A DNA stretch of 17,810 nt. Origin: a virus. Taxonomy: Duplodnaviria > Heunggongvirae > Uroviricota > Caudoviricetes. The notes beneath the pieces were generated by a model. That model saw only the letters and a program-made list of their open reading frames with translations. It ran no database searches and was not told the DNA's origin. Made by a program: the position numbers and the translations under genes. Shown in pieces: positions 7,760 to 15,575 of the stretch (the stretch's first letter is position 1; each line of letters starts with the position of its first letter). Location of the stretch: IMG/VR virus record IMGVR_UViG_2541047874_000006; one strand, 5' to 3'.

Positions 7760-8712
7760 TGTATGCCGTTTTAGGAGAGATTGAATTTAAGGTTGTCACA
7801 TTCTGGGACGGCTTTAAAAGCACAATGGGCGTGGATTACGCCACACATGCCCGTATTGAAGGCAAACCTGGCGTGCAGTTTATTGGCGATAAGCTGGACA
7901 TGCTGGCGCTGGAATTTTCCCTGCACAGCCAGTTTTGCCAACCCACAACAGAGCTGAATCGACTGCGTGAAGCCATGCTTGCCCACAAAGCAATGGCGCT
8001 GGTGTTTGGCAACGGTGATTATCGCGGCTGGTTTGTAATTACAGAGTTAACCGCCACTCACCAGCACACCGATCCCTGGGGCAATGTCATTGCCCAAAGC
8101 GGAACAATGTCGCTCCAGGAGTATACCGGCGATCCGAAAAACCCACTCCTGCCCCCGGCGATTACCACCCAGGAGCCTAATATTGACGAAAAGGCGAGCG
8201 ATTTTCCGGACAAGGTGGAGTCCTGGTTGGATCAGATATTGAACGCCATTGAAGAAGGTATGCGCAAAGCCAAAGAGATGCTCGATGAACTGGCGCAATC
8301 CATTGAAGATATTAAAAAAACAGTGGCAAAGGTTAAAGCACTGATTAAAGAGGCCAAAGCGTTAAAAGAAAAGTGTGAAAAGATAATTACGTCGTTGAAA
8401 AAGACTATCGATGCCATCGAAACCCTGTTTAAACAGCCGATGGATCTGCAAACGCTGGCAGGATTACCAAAAGCGTTGTCGGCGCAGATTAAAGCATTGC
8501 TGGGTAGCCTGCCGGGTATCCGCGACTGCGCCAAAGACGCCGGGACACTGGTTGACCATGCACAAGAACTGTTTGGCAGCATCACCAGCGCCATCGCCGA
8601 AGCAACTTTCGATAAAGCCACAACGTTGGTTGAGCAGGCGCGTACAACGGTACAGCAAACCACTCCCGCAGTGACTCAGCTCGCTGCCGCGACCATTACG
8701 AGGAGCTGGTAA
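7759..8712 (+). CDS. DNA circularization protein N-like tail protein (Mu gpN family)
   Basis: 317 aa; position after the tape measure with ATGA overlap; coiled-coil C-terminal half. Confidence 0.7.
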   Translation: MYAVLGEIEFKVVTFWDGFKSTMGVDYATHARIEGKPGVQFIGDKLDMLALEFSLHSQFCQPTTELNRLREAMLAHKAMALVFGNGDYRGWFVITELTATHQHTDPWGNVIAQSGTMSLQEYTGDPKNPLLPPAITTQEPNIDEKASDFPDKVESWLDQILNAIEEGMRKAKEMLDELAQSIEDIKKTVAKVKALIKEAKALKEKCEKIITSLKKTIDAIETLFKQPMDLQTLAGLPKALSAQIKALLGSLPGIRDCAKDAGTLVDHAQELFGSITSAIAEATFDKATTLVEQARTTVQQTTPAVTQLAAATITRSW

Positions 8713-8921
8713 TGCGATACCTTGAACATATCACCACCGACGGCGAACGCTGGGATAACCTGGCATGGCATTACTACGGTGATGCACTGGCTTATGAACG
8801 CATTATCGCCGCCAATCCACATGTCGCCATTTATCCGGTACTGCCTGCCGGTATTCAGCTCATTATTCCGGTCATTACCGTCAACAAGACCGTATCGGAG
8901 ATCCCACCATGGCTGAGATAA
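8712..8921 (+). CDS. Tail protein X-like (LysM-like small tail protein)
   Basis: 69 aa; pattern D.L....YYGD.....ERIIAANP......LPAG..L.IP resembles the P2 gpX family as recalled; TAATG overlap with the upstream gene. Confidence 0.65.
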   Translation: MRYLEHITTDGERWDNLAWHYYGDALAYERIIAANPHVAIYPVLPAGIQLIIPVITVNKTVSEIPPWLR

Positions 8922-9949
8922 GCGTAACTGGCGGCGTCTTTGCCACGCTCGCGCCCATTTTTACCCTCTGGTATGGGCATAAAGATATCACTTATGACAT
9001 CACGCCTTATGTCACCAGCATCAGTTACCAGGACAGTATTAAAAACGAGTCGGATACCATCGCGATTACACTGGATGACACCGATGGACGCTGGATAAAA
9101 GAGTGGTATCCCGGCAAAGGCGATACGCTGGCGCTGCACATAGGTTATCAGGGGGAAAAACTGCTCGATTGTGGTCAATATATCATTGATAAAATTGACA
9201 TTTCAGCACCACCTTCCACGGTAAATATTGATGGCATCGCCACTTCCGTCAATCAGGCGCTGCGCACCCGTAACAGTCAGGGCTTTGAAGAGACAACGCT
9301 TTCAGCCATCGCCAGCCGTATCGCGCAAACTCACGGCCTGACGCTGGTGGGCAAAATCGAGCCGCTGACGATTGACCGGGTGACACAGTACGGCGAAACC
9401 GATGTCGGATTTCTCAAGCGCCTGGCCAGCGAATATGGCTATGCGGTAAAGGTGACCACCAAAGAACTGATTTTTTCGCATTTACCCACGCTGCGCTGCC
9501 TGGCGCCGGTGAAAAAGATCGACCGCAAAGACGTTTCGCATTTCACCTTCAAAGATACCATTAACCGCATCTACAAAAACGCCACCGTACAGCATCAAAA
9601 TAGTAAGAAAAAAGAACTGGTTATCTACACTCACGACAGCCAGAAAAAGCCGTCTGCCCGTGGAGTCGGCACCAGTGCCGACACGCTGAAACTGAACAGT
9701 CGGGCGCCGGACGTTGGCGCGGCGCAGGCAAAGGCCAACGCCGCGCTCGACAGCCACAACGAATATCAACAAACCGGAACGCTCAGGATGATGGGCTGCC
9801 CGGAACTGACGGCAGGCAATAAAATCGAGCTAACCGATTTTGGTGTACTTTCCGGTCAGTGGCTGATTGATAAATCGACTCACAGTTTTGTGCGCAGCGG
9901 CTATATCACTGAAATCGACATTTCACGCGGGCCAGCAACCAGCCAGTAA
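8909..9949 (+). CDS. Baseplate hub protein (P2 gpD / Mu gpP-like)
   Basis: 346 aa at the position of Mu P / P2 D; overlaps the upstream gene by 13 nt. Confidence 0.75.
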   Translation: MAEISVTGGVFATLAPIFTLWYGHKDITYDITPYVTSISYQDSIKNESDTIAITLDDTDGRWIKEWYPGKGDTLALHIGYQGEKLLDCGQYIIDKIDISAPPSTVNIDGIATSVNQALRTRNSQGFEETTLSAIASRIAQTHGLTLVGKIEPLTIDRVTQYGETDVGFLKRLASEYGYAVKVTTKELIFSHLPTLRCLAPVKKIDRKDVSHFTFKDTINRIYKNATVQHQNSKKKELVIYTHDSQKKPSARGVGTSADTLKLNSRAPDVGAAQAKANAALDSHNEYQQTGTLRMMGCPELTAGNKIELTDFGVLSGQWLIDKSTHSFVRSGYITEIDISRGPATSQ

Positions 9950-9958
9950 GGAGGCAAT

Positions 9959-10660
9959 ATGAAAGGAGTAACCCGGCAAACGGGGATTATCAGCGATATT
10001 GACGAAACCAGCGTTCGGGTGCGGGTCACGCTACCAGAGTGTGACAATCTGAAGAGTAACTGGCTTGCGGTGCTGCAGCGCAATTCTCAGGACAATAAGG
10101 ATTACTGGCTACCGGATATGGGCGAACAGGTGGAAGTTCTGCTGGATGATAACGGTGAAGATGGCGTGGTGCTGGGCGCAGTATATTCAACGGTAGACAC
10201 TGCGCCAGTAGCATCGCGCGACAAACGCTATGTCCAGTTTTCTGATGGCGCAGCGTTTGAATATGACCGCAGCACCCACCAGCTTACGATTAATGGTGGC
10301 ATCGAAAAAATCGTGATTGAGGTTATTGACCGTACCAGCCTGACATCGCCCAACGTTGAGGTTAAAGCCCAACACGTCACCGTGACTTCCGACACTGTTG
10401 ATGTGAAAGCCACCGATGTCAGCATTGAAGCCAGTAAGGTCGATGTTAAAGCGGCAGCAGTGACGGTAGATGCGCCCATGAGCACCTTTACCGGCAACGT
10501 CACGGTGATGAAAAAACTCACCTGGCTTGGTGGCATGGCAGGAAGTGGAGGCATCGGCAACGCCGCCACGATAACCGGCAATGTCAACGTGATTGGTAAC
10601 GTTCAGGCCAGCGGCACATTGCAGGACAGCGGTGGCAACTCCAACCACCATTCACACTGA
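9959..10660 (+). CDS. Baseplate spike/assembly protein V-like (Mu gp45 family)
   Basis: 233 aa; N-terminal region with the GEQVEVLLDDNGEDGVVLGAVY motif typical of gpV-type spikes, then repeated V.VKA..V.V strands suggesting a beta-helix. Confidence 0.75.
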   Translation: MKGVTRQTGIISDIDETSVRVRVTLPECDNLKSNWLAVLQRNSQDNKDYWLPDMGEQVEVLLDDNGEDGVVLGAVYSTVDTAPVASRDKRYVQFSDGAAFEYDRSTHQLTINGGIEKIVIEVIDRTSLTSPNVEVKAQHVTVTSDTVDVKATDVSIEASKVDVKAAAVTVDAPMSTFTGNVTVMKKLTWLGGMAGSGGIGNAATITGNVNVIGNVQASGTLQDSGGNSNHHSH

Positions 10661-10665
10661 CGTTT

Positions 10666-10695
10666 AACCCGCCTGATGGCGGGTTTTCTCTTTTT
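10666..10695 (+). terminator. Intrinsic terminator-like hairpin inside the baseplate gene block
   Basis: AACCCGCC (10666-10673), loop TGAT, GGCGGGTT (10678-10685), then TTCTCTTTTT; lies in the 98-bp gap between the spike gene and the wedge gene. Confidence 0.5.
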
Positions 10696-10758
10696 AATCA
10701 ATCAGTTTTCTAAATCGCTTTAATATCCCCGCCGCCTGTTCAGGGCGAAAATACCCTC

Positions 10759-11118
10759 ATGAACACGAAAACACGCCCCTCTACGCTGCACTGGCAACCC
10801 GCCTTGCAGCGGCCTGAAGAATACGTCTGCGGACTGGATGATATTCACCAGGCAATACACATCATTCTGCGCACACCGCGCGGCAGTGATCCCCACAGAC
10901 CGCTGTTTGGCAGCAACTTGTGGCACTACATCGATTATCCCATCGAGCGGGCGATCCCGCATGTGGTAAGGGAGTCGGTAGAGGCCATCCGCCAGTGGGA
11001 ACCGCGCTGCCGGTTGCTGAAGGTGACACCGGTAATCGACGGGGAACATCTGACGTTACGTGTGCAATGGCGCGCCGCTGACGGCGTAATCAACTCAACG
11101 GAGGTGTTATGGCGATAG
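10759..11118 (+). CDS. Baseplate wedge protein, GPW/gp25 family
   Basis: 119 aa with the conserved segment GLDDIHQAIHIILRTPRGSDPHRPLFGSNLWHYID typical of P2 gpW / T4 gp25-like proteins. Confidence 0.8.
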   Translation: MNTKTRPSTLHWQPALQRPEEYVCGLDDIHQAIHIILRTPRGSDPHRPLFGSNLWHYIDYPIERAIPHVVRESVEAIRQWEPRCRLLKVTPVIDGEHLTLRVQWRAADGVINSTEVLWR

Positions 11119-12224
11119 CCGAACCCGATTTTATTGACCGCGATCCTGCGCAAATTACCAGCGAGATGATTGCGCAGTACGAAGATGCCAGCGGCAAAAA
11201 GCTCTACCCGGCACAGGCCGAGCGGTTGCTGATTGACCTTTTTGCCTATCGTGAAAACCTTGTACGCATCGCCATTCAGGAAGTGGCGAAACAGAATCTG
11301 GTCGCGTATTCCCGCGCGCCAATGCTGGATTATTTAGGTGAGCTGGTGGGCGTTCACCGCTTACCTGCACAACCGGCAAAAACCACGTTGCAGTTTTCGG
11401 TAGCCAGTAAGAATCGAAATAACATTCTAATTCCACAAGGAACACGTGCCAGCGCCTCTGACAGCGTGATGTTTGCTACCGATGAAGATGTTCTGATTCC
11501 GGCGGGAAGTTTGCATATAGCCGTTCCCGCCACCAGTCTGGCAACAGGCGAAGCGGGCAATGGCTGGCAGCCTGCACAGATTAGCGCCCTTGTTGACAGG
11601 ATTGGTTATTACGATATCAGCGTGACCAACCTGACGGCCTCAACCGGCGGCTGCGGTGAAGAGAGCGATGACGCACTACGCCAGCGGATCCAACTGGCGC
11701 CGGAAAGTTTCAGCAATGCGGGCAGCTATGGTGCCTACCGCTTTCATACGCTTTCCGTAAGCCAGTCGATTATTGACGTCGCGGTACTGGGGCCGGACGA
11801 AGGATTGCCAGAAGGCTGCGTGGAGATCTACCCGCTAACGCTGAATGGTCTGCCGGGCGTGGAACTGCTCGCGCAAATTGAACTGGAGGTTAGCAAGGAG
11901 AAAAAACGTCCGCTGACCGACAAAGTAAGTGCGAAATGCGCCGTTAGGGTGCCGTATGAAATCCGTGCGCAGCTCACACTGTTTACCACTGCCGATCAGG
12001 AGACAACGCTGGCTGCGGCGCGTAAAGCGATTAGCCTCTGGACGCAACAGCGGCAGAAACATCTGGGACAGGACATTGTGCCAAACCAGATAATCAAAGT
12101 GTTACAAGTCGATGGTGTCTATGACGTTGCGCTGAATATACCTACAAAACGTATTTTGCAGGCGCATGAGTGGGCGGAATGCACCGCGATAGACGTCACG
12201 ATTGCCGGAGTCAGCGATGGATAA
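11109..12224 (+). CDS. Baseplate J-like protein (Mu gp47 / P2 gpJ family)
   Basis: 371 aa; GGAGG upstream; position and size match baseplate J; overlaps both neighbours. Confidence 0.8.
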   Translation: MAIAEPDFIDRDPAQITSEMIAQYEDASGKKLYPAQAERLLIDLFAYRENLVRIAIQEVAKQNLVAYSRAPMLDYLGELVGVHRLPAQPAKTTLQFSVASKNRNNILIPQGTRASASDSVMFATDEDVLIPAGSLHIAVPATSLATGEAGNGWQPAQISALVDRIGYYDISVTNLTASTGGCGEESDDALRQRIQLAPESFSNAGSYGAYRFHTLSVSQSIIDVAVLGPDEGLPEGCVEIYPLTLNGLPGVELLAQIELEVSKEKKRPLTDKVSAKCAVRVPYEIRAQLTLFTTADQETTLAAARKAISLWTQQRQKHLGQDIVPNQIIKVLQVDGVYDVALNIPTKRILQAHEWAECTAIDVTIAGVSDG

Positions 12225-12582
12225 ATTGCTGCCGCCACCGCCGCTTGCCAGCGATGAGCGTTTTTCAACTCTGGCAAATATCGCTGCCGAGCGTTTTGCC
12301 CAACTCGATCTGACAGCGTTGATGGTTTATCTGGTAGACCTGGTTGATGCTTCGGCATTACCTGCCCTTGCAGAACAATTTCACGTTCAGGGGCTGGAAG
12401 GTTGGTTATTTACCACTGATGAACGGGAGAAGCGCGATTTAATTAAGCAAGCCATTGAGCTGCATAAATATAAAGGAACGATTTGGGCGGTACGGCGGGT
12501 GCTGGAAATACTTTCGCTACCAGGAACTATTTCAGAATGGTTTGAATATGGGGGGAAGGCTTATTTTTTAAGGTTGATATAG
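12202..12582 (+). pseudogene. Tail protein I-like (Mu gp48 / P2 gpI family), N-terminal part; frame discontinuity at a G6 run
   Basis: Probable start ATG 12217 (MDKLLPPPPLA, GGAG upstream). The frame ends at 12582 while the -1 frame is open from 12546 and continues as the next ORF. Possible frameshifted gene or two genes. Confidence 0.5.
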
Positions 12583-12587
12583 AGCTG

Positions 12588-12848
12588 GTGGATAAAGGCA
12601 TGGATGAAAACCTTTTCAATAATCTGGTAGAACTCATTCATGAATATAAAAACACACGTTCAAAACTGGAAGCATTAATTGTCTGGATCATTAACCAAAG
12701 TGCTATTCCTGTTATTGGCTGTGCACTTTATGGTGGTGAACTGACGACGGTTTTACCTTTCCAGATACGGGAAGTACAGCAAAACACATCAATCTATTAC
12801 GGAACAGGGCAATGGAGCCTTGAAATTACATCTATTTACCCGGAGTAA
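12588..12848 (+). CDS. Hypothetical protein, or C-terminal portion of the tail protein I-like gene
   Basis: 86-aa ORF in the -1 frame relative to the preceding gene; lower GC by eye; stop lies inside the RBS-ATG spacer of the tail fiber gene. Confidence 0.4.
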   Translation: MDKGMDENLFNNLVELIHEYKNTRSKLEALIVWIINQSAIPVIGCALYGGELTTVLPFQIREVQQNTSIYYGTGQWSLEITSIYPE

Positions 12849-12850
12849 TT

Positions 12851-14620
12851 ATGGATAATGAGTTTTATACTCTACTCACCGACAGAGGGATGGCAAAAAT
12901 TGCCAATGCTCTGGCGGATAAAAAACAGCTTCATCTACAAAAAATGGCTGTTGGCGACAGCGGAGGGCAATATTATGAACCCACCGTCCGCCAAACTAAA
13001 TTACGTCATGAAGTATGGCGTGGTGATTTAAATACATTAACAGTTGCGCCCAATAATCCTAACTGGTTAATTGCGGAACTTGTACTGCCCGAAAATATCG
13101 GCGGCTGGTATGTACGTGAAGTCGGCGTTTTTGATACTGACGGTGAACTCATTGCTATCGGTAAATTCCCGGAGTCGTATAAACCGCTATTACCCGGCGG
13201 CAGCGGTAAGCAAGTTTGCATTCGTCTCATTATGGAAGTTTCCAATACGACAGCGGTAACACTCACCGTTGACCCCAGTATTGTGCTGGCAACACGGGAT
13301 TATGTTGATTCGCAACTGGATGAACATGAACGTTCGACTAATCACCCTGATGCTACGTTATCGCAAAAAGGCTTTACGCAGTTAAGTAACGCCACTGACA
13401 GTGATGACGAAACCAAAGCGGCTACGCCAAAAGCGGTGAAAGCGGCGATGATTGAGGCACGAAATCATCGTCATACCTGGAGTCAGATTACTGATATTCC
13501 GGATAGTACGCTGACGCAAAAAGGGATTGTGAAGCTTAGTAACGCGATTGATAGCACCAGCACGACAGAGGCGGCAACACCGAGCGCGGTGAAGGCGGCG
13601 TATGACCTGGCGAATAGTAAGGCTGCGGGAAACCATACTCACCCATGGGGACAGATTACGGGTGTTCCAGACGGCACCCTGTCGCAAAAAGGGATTGTGA
13701 AGCTTAATAATGCGACGGATAGCAACAGTACGACGGAGGCGGCTACGCCGAGTGCGGTGAAAGCGGCGTATGACCTGGCAAATGGAAAGGCTGCAGGTAG
13801 TCATACGCACCCCTGGGGGCAGATTACGGGTATTCCGGATGGCACCCTGACGCAAAAAGGGATTGTGAAGCTTAGTAATGCGACGGATAGCAACAGTACG
13901 ACGGAGGCGGCTACGCCAAGTGCGGTGAAGGCGGCGTATGATAAAGCCTGTGAGGCATATAGCAGGATTAACAATTCCTCATTCCGCTTCTATACATCAA
14001 ATGGAACATTTACCGTGCCGACTGGAGTAACAGAAATACTTCTGGAAATGTCAGGCGGTGGTGGGGGCGGTGGTGGTGGGGCAATCGCCGGAGGCTCGAC
14101 AGTGGTACAACCTAAATTTGGACTAGGCGGCGGAGCAGGAAAACCTGGTGAAATTATAATTACTCCTCTCACAGTTAAACCCGGAGATATGTACTCCTTT
14201 ACAGTTGGGGCTGGAGGGGCTGGAGGGGCTGGAGGCACACAGGTAAGACCAGAGAGTGGTTCGACTTGGATTCCCAGAGATGAATTAGGACAAGCAGGTA
14301 TTCCTGGAGCGGCATCATATTTTTCCTCACTTACTGCTTCCGGTGGTGCTGGTGGGGAAGGAGGGAAAATAATAATTATCGACTCCCCGTACGCCAACTC
14401 AGTAGGAGAGGTTCCCAAAACATACTCCAGCAACGGTGAAACTGCAGTAAATACTCCTTATGGAAAAGGGGGATTGGGAGGAGCGAATAGTGATGGCCAA
14501 TCCGGCTCTGGTTATGGTGCGGGAGGTGGGGGAGGGGCTGGTTTAGGATCAACTTCGATAAACCACGCTGCCCGCAATGGCGGTCGTGGCTTGGGTGGTT
14601 ATATAAAAATTTTATGGTGA
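12851..14620 (+). CDS. Tail fiber protein with internal tandem repeats and a glycine-rich C-terminal domain
   Basis: 589 aa; N-terminus (MAVGDSGG...EVWRGDL...LIAELVLPENIGGWYVREVGVFD...FPESYKP) matches the conserved N-terminal domain of Mu S / P2 H / E. coli Stf fibers; four repeats of TL(S/T)QKGIVKLSNATDS..TTEAATPSAVKAAYD; C-terminal 190 aa rich in Gly runs. Confidence 0.85.
   Translation: MDNEFYTLLTDRGMAKIANALADKKQLHLQKMAVGDSGGQYYEPTVRQTKLRHEVWRGDLNTLTVAPNNPNWLIAELVLPENIGGWYVREVGVFDTDGELIAIGKFPESYKPLLPGGSGKQVCIRLIMEVSNTTAVTLTVDPSIVLATRDYVDSQLDEHERSTNHPDATLSQKGFTQLSNATDSDDETKAATPKAVKAAMIEARNHRHTWSQITDIPDSTLTQKGIVKLSNAIDSTSTTEAATPSAVKAAYDLANSKAAGNHTHPWGQITGVPDGTLSQKGIVKLNNATDSNSTTEAATPSAVKAAYDLANGKAAGSHTHPWGQITGIPDGTLTQKGIVKLSNATDSNSTTEAATPSAVKAAYDKACEAYSRINNSSFRFYTSNGTFTVPTGVTEILLEMSGGGGGGGGGAIAGGSTVVQPKFGLGGGAGKPGEIIITPLTVKPGDMYSFTVGAGGAGGAGGTQVRPESGSTWIPRDELGQAGIPGAASYFSSLTASGGAGGEGGKIIIIDSPYANSVGEVPKTYSSNGETAVNTPYGKGGLGGANSDGQSGSGYGAGGGGGAGLGSTSINHAARNGGRGLGGYIKILW
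13340..13960 (+). repeat. Four tandem coding repeats (153-168 bp period) inside the tail fiber gene
   Basis: CGCAAAAAG occurs at 13362, 13515, 13683 and 13851; copies 3 and 4 are nearly identical at the nucleotide level. Confidence 0.7.
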
Positions 14621-14624
14621 ACAG

Positions 14625-15230
14625 ATGACACGATATGCGTATTACCATCCGGTAACCTTTGAGGTTATTGACTGGATAGATGCAGCCTCTTTTACTGTGG
14701 AATTACCTGATTCAGTAATTCCTGTAGATGATGAGCAGTGGCAGTTAAAAGATAAACCATGCTGGATATGTCTTGACCCATTCAAAATTATCACCACACC
14801 ACCGCCGGGTGATTTTTACATCTTAGAGAATGATAAATGGGTATATGACAAAACATTATTTACCATTGCACTTGAGAATACCAAGGCACAGGTTACACAG
14901 GAAATAAAAAATCGACGTGATGAAATAACGGTAGATTACATCATCATCAACAACCATCACTTCCACAGTGATACAAATAGCCGTATCCAACAGCTCTCGC
15001 TCACTAAAATGGGAGCGGAGAAAAAAATCCTTCCAGGTTTAATGTGGAAAACTAAAAATAACGGTCTGATTGAGTTAACCAACGAAATCGCTTCCCAGTT
15101 TGAATCGGTAACAATGGATCACGATATGCGCCTGTTCGCCAACGCCCAGCGCCATATCGCGGCGGTGGAAGCTCTGGACGATATTCAGGCGGTGCTCGAC
15201 TACGACTACTCCACAGGCTGGCAACCATGA
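14625..15230 (+). CDS. Tail fiber assembly protein (Tfa; Mu gpU / P2 gpG family)
   Basis: 201 aa immediately after the tail fiber gene; AT-rich; conserved C-terminal region typical of Tfa chaperones. Confidence 0.75.
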   Translation: MTRYAYYHPVTFEVIDWIDAASFTVELPDSVIPVDDEQWQLKDKPCWICLDPFKIITTPPPGDFYILENDKWVYDKTLFTIALENTKAQVTQEIKNRRDEITVDYIIINNHHFHSDTNSRIQQLSLTKMGAEKKILPGLMWKTKNNGLIELTNEIASQFESVTMDHDMRLFANAQRHIAAVEALDDIQAVLDYDYSTGWQP

Positions 15231-15553
15231 GTAAAACCACTGTCTGGCTCGCTTGTTATAAGGGCCGAACAGAGCACCGTGGTATTGCCCGACTGGCTGA
15301 CTGGCTTACCCGTAAAATCACACGCGGTAGTTATTCCCACTGTGAATTAGCCGTTAAGCATGGTGAAAATAGTTACCTTTGTTACTCTGCATCACTGCGC
15401 GATCGCGGTGTACGCGAAAAGATAATGCCATTGCCAGCGGATAAGTGGGATATGCTGCCGCTCCAGGCCAGCCTTCAGGATGTGGAAACTTTTTTCCGTA
15501 AACATGATGGCAAAAAATATGACTGGCGCGGAGCATTAGGAGAGCCTGTTTAA
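15227..15553 (+). pseudogene. Gene truncated by IS insertion (5' portion; last three codons and stop supplied by the IS end)
   Basis: ATGA overlap with tfa; the ORF runs into the IS terminal repeat, which contributes residues EPV and the stop. The original reading frame resumes after the IS at 16865. Confidence 0.6.
15534..15541. repeat. Target-site duplication CATTAGGA (left copy)
   Basis: Identical 8-mer directly flanks both IS ends (15534-15541 and 16857-16864). Confidence 0.65.
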
Positions 15554-15575
15554 GATTCTGTGTAAATGCCTTTTC

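Noticed and set aside
13382-13855. 157-aa minus-strand ORF inside the tail fiber repeats
   Set aside because: Arg-rich, low-complexity translation produced by the repeated coding sequence on the opposite strand; nested in the tail fiber gene.
13340-13960. Tandem repeats considered as a possible CRISPR array
   Set aside because: The repeats are in-frame coding units of a tail fiber (period 153-168 bp, no short spacers, no palindromic repeat unit, no cas genes).
13990-14433. 147-aa proline-rich minus-strand ORF (PPAPPAPPAP...)
   Set aside because: It is the antisense mirror of the glycine-rich tail fiber C-terminus (GGN codons read as NCC on the other strand); no independent start context and fully nested in a well-supported gene.
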